From Leucoraja ocellata (taxonomy: Eukaryota): DNA of 64,000 nt. The stretch covers positions 11,346,001 to 11,410,000 of the forward strand of contig JAWMAR010000032.1 in NCBI GenBank assembly GCA_036785375.1, in the 5' to 3' direction. The translations under genes and the position numbers were made by a program. Numbering within the stretch: position 1 is the stretch's first letter; each line of letters begins with the position of its first letter. The notes under the pieces are model-generated. The model did no database searches. It saw only the letters and a list, made by a program, of their open reading frames with translations, and was not told the DNA's origin. Positions 51,276 to 63,319 of the stretch are shown here, piece after piece.

Positions 51276-53003
51276 AAAATTGGAGAATGCGGTATCAACA
51301 AAAAGTTGCCTAGTGTGTAGGTTCATGACAAAGGGCACAAGGGCGACCAGAGGTGACAACTAAAACACGACTGGTATCATTCTGGGATCAATGGTGCTCA
51401 CAGTTCATGCAAATCTTGGAATCCAAGGTACAAGTTCTGAAATTGTGGATGTTATGGAAGATTGGAAAGGGTGAGGAAATGTTCAGCAATGAGGATTACT
51501 GCAGGCATTTAAACTGCCCCAGAGGGCAAGCATTGTGGTTTACTTTAATATGGAGATGTAGCATGAAAACAGGCCCTTCCGCAGGTGATTGGTGATTATC
51601 ATTGAAGGGTATTTCCGCTGATGGGTTTTTCCTGATGAAAAAGTTGTCCCTTTAGTCAGCAGACTGTTGAAATACAAGTGTACCTGACCACCACCAGGTC
51701 TCCTCTCATTCCACTTCCCCGCAACATGTGGTGCTTCTTATTCCCAGAGAGATGTGCAACTCTAAACTGGACTCCTCTAATGGGCGATTTGTTAAAACTG
51801 ACACATACCAGGAGATCAGCTTTAGCTGGCTTCTTGGTGTGCATATGTTTTAATAAATTGCCCGTTACTTTGAACACCAACTCCATGTGGCCTATCCATT
51901 TGCTGGTTTACAAAAAAGACACAAAGTGCTGGGGTAACTGAGTCGGGCAGCATCTCTGGAGAACATGGATAGGTGTTCACAGGTGTCTAAGTTTAACTGT
52001 AGCTATTATCAGGCAATTGAACGATGCCTCTGCAACCAGAGAGCGGTCTTGAACCACTATCTACCACATCAGGGACCCTCAGACTATCTTTGATTGGACT
52101 TTTCCAGTTTTAATTTGCACTAAACATTATTCGCTTGTGTATATGCACACTGTGAATGGCTCGATGGTAGTCCTGTATTGTCTTTCCGCTGGATGGTTAG
52201 CACGCAACAAAAGCTTTTCACTGTGCCTCTGTACATGTGACCATAAACTGAAGTGAACCCAAGTCCTGCACACAATCAAATGCCTATCTACACAAGTCCC
52301 ATTTACAAGCTCTTGGTCCCTGGCCTTCCATGCTTCAGTGATTCAGCTGCATGTCCAGATGCTTTCTTCAATGTAGTGAGAATCTTGGGTAGTGCAGAAA
52401 AATCTTCCTTTGATCTTCCCTGACCATCCTACTCTTCTCAAACCTCTGCCCCATGGCTTGGGCACCTCTGCTGTGTGGAAAATGCTTCCTACTGTCTACC
52501 CTATCCAGGCCTCTCGCAGTTTTGCAACCTCTATATTGTATCTCTCCTGCCTCGGCTCCCTTGGTTCCAATTAAAGCAAACTCAGTCATACTGTGACCAG
52601 AACTACAGGCTTCAGTGTGCTGGTTTTACTACAATTTGAATCTCACACAGCAGAGCGCTGGTATTGTGTGGATCTGATCACCATGCCCTCTGAGAGCTCC
52701 TGAGGGAAACAAACACCTTGCATCCCATATCCAGGCTGAAGATGGGTCCCAACCCGAAACGTCGACAGCCCATTTCCCTCCCCAGATGCTGCCAGTTTTG
52801 ACATTTAGTTTCAGCGTTTACTTTTAGAGTTTGGGTTATTATTGTGAACCAAGTGAAAAGCTTTTGTTGCGTGCTATCCAGTCAGCGGAAAGACTATACA
52901 TGCTTACAATCAGGCTGTCCTACAGATACAGGATAAAGGAATAACGTTTAATGCAAGGTAAAGTCCTCCAATTACAGATAGTCCGAGTGTCTTCAAAAAG
53001 TTA

Positions 53004-53050
53004 AGGGCCTGTCCCACTGTTCGAGGTAATTCAAGAGCTCTCCCGAGTTT

Positions 53051-53083
<33 letters not shown>

Positions 53084-53324
53084 ACACTCGTGTTAAGTAC
53101 GTAGAATGTACGTAGCGGCTACATCGGAGCTCGTGGATGTCACGTAGCGGCTCGTAATCCTAACGGCAAGTATTCTGGGAAACGCGGTAACTCGTGAAGT
53201 TTTTCAGCACTGTGAGCAATGTCCACGAGAGCCCCGAGTACCTACGAACGGCTATTACCGTAATTCTCCGAGTTTGAATCGGGAGAAACTTGGGAGAATG
53301 ACCTCGTACAGTGGGACAGGCCCT
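53004..53324. mobile_element. Non-autonomous PIF/Harbinger-type MITE nested in a Rex1 3' end
   Basis: TIR AGGGCCTGTCCCACTGT(T/A)CGAGGT with TTA TSD (53001-53003, 53325-53327); internal poly-A. Confidence 0.85.
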
Positions 53325-53746
53325 TTAGGTGGTAGGTCAGGACCGCTCTCTAGTTGGTGACAGGATGGTTCAATTGCCTGATATCAGCCAGGAGGAAACT
53401 GTCCCTGGATGTAGATACAGTTTCTATCTCTGAGTTCCTCCAGCATTTTGCTTTTTCACTCCAGATTCCAGCTTCTGCGGGCTCTTGTGTCTCCCTCATC
53501 TTCCCGTGTCGGAATCTGCGGGAATTTGTCGAGGTTGAGGAGTGATTTACTTTGCGCAGAAAGCATGGGTAAAATCGCAGATGTGTTTTGGTGGAATTGA
53601 GCATGCAATTTTTGTAATGTTTATCTGAGCACAAAAAAATGAAACTAATTGTGGTACCAATGGAGGCAACACCTTGTACGAGAGTGAAAATGTCTCCTCC
53701 CTTCTTGCCCCCTGAAGGAATATTTACTTTCTCTTCGCCTTTCAAG

Positions 53747-53875
53747 GTCTTCATCAGCACTTCAAGCATCGTCAGCTGTGTCTCATTCGGCTAGGTTCAG
53801 TCCCTGTGCCAAGAGGATCTGCTACTGTCCTGTACATGAGGTTCCTGAATACACCATCCCTTCATTTAAGAGCAG
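53747..53875 (+). CDS. MYOM2: Myomesin-2, second coding exon
   Basis: Acceptor tttctcttcgcctttcaag; phase 2-2, 129 nt; (R)SSSALQASSAVSHSARFSPCAKRICYCPVHEVPEYTIPSFKS; CAKR motif as in MYOM2; donor CAG|GTATAC. Confidence 0.8.
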
Positions 53876-54429
53876 GTATACCAACGTGCTTTGCATTAAC
53901 AAGCAATGTAGGTAGCGGACGCAACATCATACACTGCAGCTAATCTCGCAGATAGTGCTTGCTATTCACCGTGGCACGTAAGCAGAGCTGTTTTGCACCC
54001 TGCCCTGTCCCCCAACGCAAGTGCGATGCTTTAAATGCTCCAAAGGACATGGGTGGGCACAGGAGCAGGCTCTTCGGCCCACAATGTCCGTGCCAAATAT
54101 GACGCCATGTTAAACTAACCCCCTCTGCATGCACATGATCCATTCCCTGAATATCCATGCGCTTTTCAAAAGCCTTTAATATGCCACTATTGTATCTGCC
54201 TCCACCACTAACCCTGATGGTGAAATCCAGGCACTCACTGCCCTCTATGTAAAAAGAAGTTTGTTCACATTTATTGTCACATGCACCAAGTTGCCATGCA
54301 GCCATACGAATAAAAATAACACAATACACTATTGAATTGAACATGAATATCCACCACAGCGGAATCAATGTTCTCACTGTGATGGCAAGGCAATAAAGTT
54401 TGGTCATTTTCCTCTTTCAGAGTTTAATT

Positions 54430-55022
54430 TAAAAAATTGCCCCAACACATCTCCTTTAAACCTTGCGCCTCTGAACTTAAAGCAAGTCCTTTAAATCTTT
54501 GACATTTCCACAATGGAGAAAAGGTTCTGTCTGTCTATCCTATCTATACCTCTCAATGTTGTAAACTTTTATCCGATCTCTCCTCGGACTCTGGTGCTCC
54601 AAGTCTGTCTACCCTCTCCTTGTGGTTAATCCAGGCAGCATTCTGCTCAACCTGTTCTGTGCCCTCTCCAAAGCCTCTGCATCCTTCCTATATTGGGGTG
54701 ACCACAACAGCAGATAGTTCTTCAAATATGGCTGAACCAAAGTCCTGTGCAGCTGTGTTGTGTTCTTGCCCTGACCAATGAAGGCCAGCATATGGTACAC
54801 CTTCTTTACACAATCTACTTCCAGGGGAGCTGTGGACTTCAGTTCCACCCCAACATCCCTCTGCACAACAATGCTTTTCAGGGTTTTGCCACTAACTGCG
54901 CACCTTCCATTTGCATTTGATCTCGCAGAGTGTAATGCCTCATACTTGCTTTGATTAAACTCCGGCTGCCATTTCTCTGCCCGATGCTACAGCTGGACTC
55001 TATCCCGCCGTATGCTTTGGCA
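54430..55022 (-). mobile_element. CR1 LINE fragment
   Basis: VKKVYHMLAFIGQG...LHRTLVQPYL...WSPQYRKDAEALERAQNRLSRMLPGL. Confidence 0.8.
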
Positions 55023-56583
55023 ACCGTCTGTGCCAGCAGCAATCTTGGTGTTTGATATTACTAAACCAATCTTACTAACCAATTGGGGTCGGCAGTGTGG
55101 CCCAGAGACAGAGTTGCTGCCTTACAGCACCAGAGGCCGGGGTTCGATCCTGACTACGGGTGCTGCCTGCACCGAGATTGTATGTTCGTCCTGTGACCAC
55201 GTGGGTTTTTTCTGGGTGCTCCAGTATCCTCCTACATATCAAAAACGTGCAGATTAATTGGCTTCTGTAAATTGTCACTAATGTGTAGGATGGAACTAGT
55301 GTATGGGGTGAATGCTGGTCGGCGGGAACTCAGTGGGCCGAAGGACAGATATCTGTAGAAAACTAAAACTAAACTCCCGTCCACGTTTGTGTCCCAGTCA
55401 TCTGTAAGGTCTGAAAGTCTTTCCTTTGAGAGATTGGAATACAGAATTGGAGGTGGATCAAGAAATGTCCAGCTGACTCTTGAAGGGCCGAATGGCTTGA
55501 TTCTGCTGCTGTAACTTATGAACGCCCTGGTCTTGCTCTTTAGACCTGTGTGGTGGACACGGGTTCACATTGGTGTGTAGTGCCCCTATGCCCAAACCTC
55601 ATCCTCAGTAGAGGAGGCATGCTTGTAAAAGAATGATTGGGGGAATTTTATTGGGAAGTCGTCCTGGACCATTTGGAATATTATTTAATAATAAATTTTG
55701 CTTGATTGAAAATATTTAATTCATGTTTGTATATTAATTAGTTCTTTCAGCCATTTACAATTGGAATTCTGTGATTAGATCCTCTCCTTTATGTATAAAC
55801 GGAGATAGAGGTGGGTATGTTCTGGTATTAAAGTGTAAAGTATGGGATGTTTTAGTTGTCCAATCTCTTGTAGTTAAAATCCTCTAATCTGGGAGGATTC
55901 TTCTAAACCTCTTGTGCACCTTCTCCAAAGCCTCCACATCCGTCCTCCATGGGGAAGTAGGGATTTTTTAATATTAGTTTTGTACGCTATCGTGCATTTT
56001 TTCCGACTTGTTTGGGTCAACTTGAAAACATCCTGTCACGTACTGAACGTTTTAGTGTTAGACATACAGCTTGGAAACGGGCCTTGCGGCCTATCCAGCC
56101 CAATCAGCAAAATGGGAGAGTCCAGGACCACGGGGCACAGCCACAGAATAAAAGGACATACCTTTAGAAAGGAGATGAGGAGGAATTTTGTTAGTCAGAG
56201 GGTGGTGAATCTGTGGAATTCATTGCTACATAGAGCTGTGGAGGCCAAGTCCTTGGATGTTTTTAAGGCAGGGATTGACAGATATTTGATTGGTAAGGGG
56301 GGGGGGGCTGGGGGGGGTTATGGGGAGAGGGCAGGAGAATGGGGTTAGTAGGGAAAGATGGATCATCCACGATTGAATGGCGGAGTAGACTTGATGGGCC
56401 AAATGGCCTAATTCTGCTTCCCATGACTTATGACAATGTATTTATTACACGTGCCCCCAGGGACATTCTTACATTAGTGTGACTTTGCTTTGGTTGCATG
56501 GTAACGTTATCAGCTCTCAGTGAGCTATAAACAGTCATCAAGTGGGCTACCTTGCATTTGCGAGCAGAACTGAACAAGACGGA

Positions 56584-56912
56584 GGGTGGCACGGTGTCGC
56601 AGCAGTAGAGTCGCTGCCCCACAGCGCCAGAGACCCGGGTTCCATCCTGTCCATGGGTGCTGACTATACTGAGTTTGTACATTCGCCCTGTGACCGCGTG
56701 GGTTTTCTCCGGGTGCTCAGGCTTCCTCCCACACTCCAAAATCGTGCAGGTTTGTAGGTTAATTGGCTTCAGTAACATTTGTAAATTGTCCCTGTTGTGT
56801 GTGTGTGTGTGTGTAGGATGGTGCTAGTGTACTAAGGAGTTATCGTTGGTCGGTGTGGACTTGATAGGCTGGGAGGCCTGTCTAGGCGCTGTATGTCTAG
56901 CACTAAAACTAA
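56584..56912 (+). mobile_element. V-SINE (HE1-like) with internal (TG)n
   Basis: Head, V-domain, (TG)n expansion, tail. Confidence 0.85.
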
Positions 56913-57005
56913 GATGTTCTGTACGTGATGGGATGTTTTCAAGTTGACCCACAGAAGTGATGCTGAGAGGTTTAGAGAATTTTCCCCGTTGTGTGTGTTT
57001 GGCAG

Positions 57006-57144
57006 AGTGGTCGAGGAGTCGTCACGGAGGGTGAAAGCGAGGTCCTTTCTGTATGGCACCAAGCTGAGAGCCATGGAGAACGAGATATCTCGGCTGAGCA
57101 GGACCGCCCACGAGAGCACGGAAATGCTGGCTCTGACCAGGATG
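57006..57144 (+). CDS. MYOM2: Myomesin-2, third coding exon
   Basis: Acceptor gtgtttggcag; phase 2-0, 139 nt; VVEESSRRVKARSFLYGTKLRAMENEISRLSRTAHESTEMLALTRM; donor ATG|GTAAGT. Confidence 0.85.
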
Positions 57145-57259
57145 GTAAGTTGCCCCGTCTAACCGGCCGTAGAGCCAACCCCTTCGCCCGACACTACCTT
57201 CAGTTTGGTTTATTGTCATGTGCACAGTGATATGCTTTTGTTCCGTGCTAACCACTCAA

Positions 57260-57548
57260 GTAGTAGGCCCCCCCCCTCGGTCATGACTAACCATGGGTGA
57301 TGCATCCTGGTCCAAAGGAACAGCAGGGCCATTACAGTTTGGCACCAGCACTGTCACAGGAGCTGCCAGAGCGAGGTTGTAGACAACGACAAACTGCCTT
57401 AGGGGCTCCAACTCCAGATTTTCTTGAGGCTTACTCCTGGAGCCTTTTCCATGACTGGATATGGCCACAAGGCAGTGGAGGTTTTAAATCCGAGTTTTCC
57501 CTCTCCTAGATGGACTTCCTTCACAGGCTGATGAGCCCCATCTGCCCG
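57260..57548 (-). mobile_element. Bipartite non-autonomous RTE-type retroposon (RTE 5' domain joined to RTE 3' end)
   Basis: Minus 5' gggcagatggggctc...ccatctaggagagggaaaactc, 3' ccatgg...gaccgagggggggggcc(tac)n; direct repeats AACCA(C/G)TCAA at 57250-57259 and 57549-57558. Confidence 0.6.
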
Positions 57549-57975
57549 AACCAGTCAACAGCAAGACAATACATGATTACCATCGAGCCATCCACAGTCC
57601 AGATACATGATAAAGGGAATAATGTTTAGTCCAAGGCAAAGCCAGTGAAGTCCGGTCAAAGATTAGTCTGAGGGTCAACAATGGGGTAGATAGTAGTTCA
57701 GGACTGCTGATAGACACAAAGCTGGAGTAACTCAGCGGGACAGGCAGCATCTCCGGGGGGGGGAGGGGAGGAATGGGCAATGATAACTACTGGGAAGAAA
57801 CTGACCCGGAATCTGGAGGTGTGTGGGAGAGGGGAGCAGAGGAAGTGGCCAGGGTGCGACTTGTCCTTGATGCTGCTGCTGGCCTTGCCTAGGGGCGCTC
57901 GCTCGGCCTGAGGTGTCCCGTCTCGGTGTGTGTTTGTCTCTCATGAGCTCTCTTCCCCCCCCCCCCCCCCCCCAG

Positions 57976-58133
57976 GAGGAGGAGAGGACGGCTCTCCAGA
58001 GACACGTGCGAGAGGACGCCCTGTGCCGAGCTCCTGAGTTCCTTGTCCGACTGAGGTCCCACACTGTCTGGGAAAACTCCTTTGTGAAGTTGTGCTGCAC
58101 CGTGCAAGGATTCCCCACCCCCTTGGTCAGATG
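57976..58133 (+). CDS. MYOM2: Myomesin-2, fourth coding exon (start of first Ig domain); gene continues beyond window
   Basis: Phase 0-2, 158 nt; EEERTALQRHVREDALCRAPEFLVRLRSHTVWENSFVKLCCTVQGFPTPLVRW closely resembles MYOM2 RAPEILVRLRSHTVWE..VKLCFTVQGFPTP; donor ATG|GTAAGT. Confidence 0.93.
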
Positions 58134-59665
58134 GTAAGTGGCCTTAACCTCAAGCACACAATGTGCACGGTTCACTGGTTCAATGGTGCTCTGTACATAC
58201 ACACAGGCAAATTGTTTTTGCATACTCTTTGGTTAAGTATTAGTGTATGAAGGAACTACATATGCTGGTTATACACAAAGATGGACACATATGCTTGAGT
58301 AACTCAGCAAGTCAGCCAGCATCTCTGGGGAAAAGGAATGCCTTTAGAGTATCTTTAGAAAGGAGTTGAGGAAGAATGTCTTTGGGCATCTGGGTGGTAC
58401 ATCTGTGGAATTCATTGCCACAGACAGCTGTGGAGGCCAGGTTATTGGGTATTTTTAAGGCGGAGATTGATAGATTCTTGATTAGTACGGGTGTGGGGGG
58501 GTCGTGGGGAGAAAGCAAGAGAATGGGGTTGGGAGGGAGAAATAGATCAGCCATGATTGAATGTTAGAGTAGACTTGATGGGCTGAATGGCCTAATTCCG
58601 CTCCTATAAACTTATGAATAGGTGAGACCTTTAGGCTGAGAGTCGGGGGGGGGGGAGAAAGTGAGAGACATACTAAGGTTCCGAACAAATCCGAGTTGAA
58701 TAAAGTAAGCAGAATCCCCAATGAATACAATGTGTACAGAAATAGTCTGTAGTGTGCTTCGAACACGATGCCAAGACCACATCTTATCTGCCTGCACAAG
58801 GGTGGTGCAGCGGTAGAGTTGCTGACTTACAGCGTCAGAAACCCAAGTTTAATCTCGACTACTTGTGCTGTTTGTACACAGTTTGTACGTTCTCCCCGTA
58901 GCCACGTGAGTCTTCACCGGATGCTCTGGTTTCCTCCGACATTGCGAAGACGTGCAGGTTTGAAGGTTAATTAGCCTCTGTAAATTGTCCCTAGTGTGAA
59001 GGACATGACTATTGTACAGGATAATTGCTGGTTGGTGTAGACTCTGTGCTCCCAAGGGCCTGTTTCCACGCTGTATCTATGTCCACTGACACAGCTTGCA
59101 AGAGTTGCCAGGTTCTGACTCTGTTTTCAGAGTCCAGTCTGTGCGCTCGGTCTCCTGGAGCGGAGCCTGACCCAGGATAGCCCCAGGCTGCTGCAGGGAC
59201 TCCAGCCTTCGCCTCTGCCTGGATTGTCCTGCGATTGCATGTGGGCAGGTGTATGCAGGTGTGCTAACGCTGCAGCTGCCGCAATGCATGGCAGAATGCG
59301 ACCTTTAAACTGAAAGCACATAGGTAAACGAGTAGCTGAGTTTTGATTGAACGATTCGGCATGGAAACTGGCCCTTCGTCCCATCCAGTCCACACCGGCC
59401 ATCGATCACCCACTCACACTGGTTCTGTGTTGTCCCACTCCCTACAGACCAGGAGCAATTTACTGAGGCCAATTTATCTACAAACCCGCACGTCTTTGGA
59501 ATGTGGGAGGAAACCAGGGCACCCTGAGAAAACCCACATGGTCACAGGGAGAACGCTCAAACTACGTACAGGCAGCACCCGTAGTCGGTATCGAACCTGG
59601 GTCTCTGGCGCTGTAAGGCAGCAACTCGACTATATCATAACATTGCCAACTTTCTTCTGCAAAAA

Positions 59666-59896
59666 TCGATCCAATTTGTGGTCCCAGCTACAAAGTCAGA
59701 TGTGTACAGCAATTCGTTCTTCCCCCGCACAATTAAAGCATGGAATAATCTCCACCCAACTATAGTTACCCAACCAGATGCAACTAAATTTAAAGTAGCT
59801 CTTTCTTCCCAATAACCCTTTCTGGTTTAAGCCCTCCCTTCACCACCTCCAGTTTAAATTCCATTTGGAATATTTTGGAGGACCAAGAACCAAGAA
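59666..59896 (+). mobile_element. 3' end of a CR1/L2-group LINE distinct from HER1
   Basis: Open frame SIQFVVPATKSDVYSNSFFPRTIKAWNNLHPTIVTQPDATKFKVALSSQ* (59666-59815), 3' stem-loop cctcca...tggagg, (CCAAGAA)2 tail. Confidence 0.7.
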
Positions 59897-61218
59897 TATA
59901 TAGAAATAAAGAACTGCAGAAACAATAACAACTGCAGATGGTTTAGACCCAAAAAGACCTGTGCTAGAGTATCACAATGGGTTAGGCAGCATCACTGGAG
60001 CAAATGGATGGGTGATATTTTGGTGACAGCACCCAAGATCAAGATTGAACCCTGGTTTCTGGTTCTGTGAGGCAGTTATTATAGGCTGTATTAAAATCAA
60101 AAGCATCGGGAGTTTCAAGAAAATATTTTTACAATCTACATAAAGACACAGCTACAAATAATATTTACTTGTCCCAAAACAAGGCGATCGCTGTGACCAT
60201 AGCTCTGTTAGTCAAAGTTACTCTGTTAGATTGGATCCTTCAAAATGGATATTCCTGAAATGCCTTGAATATCTTCTGTAGGTATTGTCCCAGGGGGATA
60301 ATGTCCACATCGCACATTCATTACAGCAGATATTTCACCAATTTTAGGTATCTTACCAACAACCTCCCATCCCCTTCCTTTCTCCCACTTTTTCTTGTGT
60401 CCCACCTGGAGACTAACCCATTTCTCCTACACTCACCCCCACTCCCCTTTCCCCCACCCCTTTCCTCTCGATTCACATGTCTCATCTCATTGCAGCCTTT
60501 TGTCTTTCCATTTCTGGCCTTTGTCCACCCATCTGCCTATCAACTTTTAAAATGTCCCCTGAAACCTCTCCCTCTGGCCAGGCATTTGACCACTTGCCCT
60601 AATGCCTCTTCCTTCAGTCTGGTGTGAATATTTATCAGATTATATGGCAAGACATTTTAGTTACTTTTAACCCTGTAGAACATGGAGCAGTACAGAAGAT
60701 GGGCACAGAGTGCTGGAGTAACTCAATGGGTCAGGCAGCATCTTTGGAGAAAAGGCATGGGCGACATTTCTTCAGACCTGAAATGTCACCCATCCTTTTT
60801 CTCCTGTGATGCTGCCTGACCCACTGAGTTACTCCAGCACTCTGTGTCTATCTTTGGTATAAGCCAACATCTGCAATTCCTTTCTACACAGAACAGTACA
60901 GCACAGGGACAGGTCGTTTACCCACTACATCTGTTCTGAACATGATGGCAAGTTCATCTAATCTCCTCTGCTGCCCCGTATCCCTCCCTGCTCTGCATAT
61001 CCACCTGACTATCTAAAACCCCTTAAACTCCACTATTGTACCTGGCTCCACCGCCACCCCTGGCAGTTCATTCATGGACCCACCACCCTCTGTATCTGAA
61101 ATAATTTGTCCTGCACATCTCCTTTAAACTTTGCTTCTCTCACCTTATAGCTATATCCTCTTTGTGTCTGACATATCCACCCTGGGGGAAAAAGGTTCTG
61201 ATTGTCCACTTGATCTGG

Positions 61219-61498
61219 TTTAGTTTAATTCAGAGATACAGTGCGGGAACAGGCCCTTCGGCCCACTGAGTCCGTGCCGACCAGCGATCACCCCGTACAT
61301 TAGCACTATCCTACACACAATTTTTCCGAAGCCAATTAACCAACAAACCCGCAAGTTTTGGAGTGTAGGAGGAAACCAGAGCATCCAGAGAAAACCTAAG
61401 AGCATACCAACTCAGTATAGTCGGCACCCATAGTCGGGATCGAACCCTGGTCTCTGGATGCTATAAAGCAGCAACTCGCTAAACCACTGTGCTGCCCC
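61219..61498 (-). mobile_element. V-SINE (HE1-like)
   Basis: Reverse complement of head, V-domain and tail. Confidence 0.85.
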
Positions 61499-62066
61499 CA
61501 ATCTATGCCTCTTATATCAGATGTGTGTTACATATTGTCTTAGATACAGCTATTGACAGCCACTCGTATTGGGGATTGTCTTAATTTTCCTAATACCATT
61601 ACCAAATTATAGAAATTGGTTACTGTATGAGCTTTAAAGAATGTTACCAATCAAATCCTGTGGGGACTTTGAATAGATTTATTGAAATTCATGGTCATAC
61701 AGCACAGGGGCAAGTCCTTCGGCCCAACTCGCCCATGCTAACCAAGGTGCCCCATCTAAGCAAGTCCAATTTATCCTATCAAATCTTTCCTTTCTTCTTT
61801 GTCTCCAAAGCTCATACAGGGACTCGCCCCTGCCATCTCCTTCACACTTCAATTGAGACGACAAATTCCTGTTAAGGAAGTTCATGTGTGAATGCTTAAT
61901 GTTCTCAATCTATGTTTGAGAGCAAGCTATATTTGTATATCGCTGAAGATAAGGAGGTTAACAACCACCTAAATATAGAGTCAACAGGAATGTTTTAAGA
62001 GGGCTCTAGGCATTGATAAGTGAAACGTCTTGATCAGAATTTTGCTTCTCTTTGCGATTTATACAA

Positions 62067-62345
62067 ACCTCACAGCACCAGAGACCCTGGTCCGATCCTG
62101 ACCACGGGTGCTGTATGTACGGAGTTTGTACGTTCTCCTTGGGACCTGCGTGGGCTTCCGCCAGGTGCTCCGGTTTCCCCCACATCCCAAAGACGTGCAG
62201 GTTTGTAGGTTAATTGGCCTCTGTAAATTGCCCCTAGAGTGTCGGATGCATGTGGGGTAACATCGAGCTAGTATATGGGTTATTGTTGGTTGGCACGGAC
62301 TTGGTGGGCCGAAGGGACTATTTCTATGTTGTATCTATAAAAAAA
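62067..62345 (+). mobile_element. V-SINE (HE1-like), 5'-truncated
   Basis: B box region, V-domain, tail. Confidence 0.85.
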
Positions 62346-63319
62346 GCTAAAACAATTCTACAGAACAAAATGTTGACTTGTGATCCAGAGTAACAACAGC
62401 TCAATCCCCACTCCAGCTGGTGCATAGAGTTCATGCATTCTCTGCGATGGAAATGTCAAAGCCGAGCAGGTATAGGTTTGAGTTGCGAGGGGCAAAGTTT
62501 AAAGAAAGTGTGTGAGGCAAGGTTATTTTTTTATACACACACAGGGTGGTAAGTGCCCGCAACGCATTCCCAGGGGTGGCGTTTGTGGCATCTAGGTTAG
62601 TGCATTTAAGAGAATTCTGGGAAAATGTGCAAACTCAGTGCGCAGACTGCACCCAAGGTCAGGATCAAACCGGGTCTCTGGCGCTGTGAGGCAGCAACTC
62701 TACCGCTGCCCCAGCCCCAGCTCTTGTGTGTTCTTTTGTAGATCAGCATCTGTCCTCACCCCTGCCCCTTTGCACCCTGACCCAAACCCTGGTCTTTGGC
62801 TGAAGTTAATGGCCTTCTCTCACCCACAGAACCTTTGGACTTGGCAAAGGTCCCAAGCAGCATCTTCCCCACCGCAGTAAAGTGTAGCAGCCTCCTTATA
62901 ATGACCAGCCTCTGGCAGTGACCAGCATTGGGAAATATGCTGCAGTATCTTGTGTCCACCATTACATGAACAGAGCTTGATTAGAGTGTGAACGTTGGAG
63001 CATTTTAATCACCCTGCCTTTGGGGAAATACAAAGGGTGATAACTAATCCCAACTAATGTTTCCGTAAGGATGTTGAGCGTAGATCCAGTAGTCAGGATT
63101 TAAGCACCAGAGGGAGCATTGCTTGCACACTCCCAGTTAAAATTAGCCACGCTAAGTCTACCAGTGTTACCGATACCAGGAAATGTTTGTTTGCACAACA
63201 CCATGTTGTCTAAGGTTGGGAGGGCATATTGCTGCCTGTATTTTGTAAGCTGGGAGTCTCACTATGCCCACAGCACCTCTGGGTGCAGCTGAACTGATGA
63301 TTTACCTTTCTAATGTTTA

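Noticed and set aside
57525-57560. CTGATGAG...GAA as a hammerhead on the plus strand
   Set aside because: No stem II pairing or GAAA/UH geometry; it is the antisense of the RTE 5' domain.
60280-60350. Possible next MYOM2 exon (tgtag|GTAT, phase-compatible)
   Set aside because: Translation YCPRGIMSTSHIHY does not match the expected YKDG...GKY...HTLEI Ig sequence; the region runs into a Penelope 3' end.
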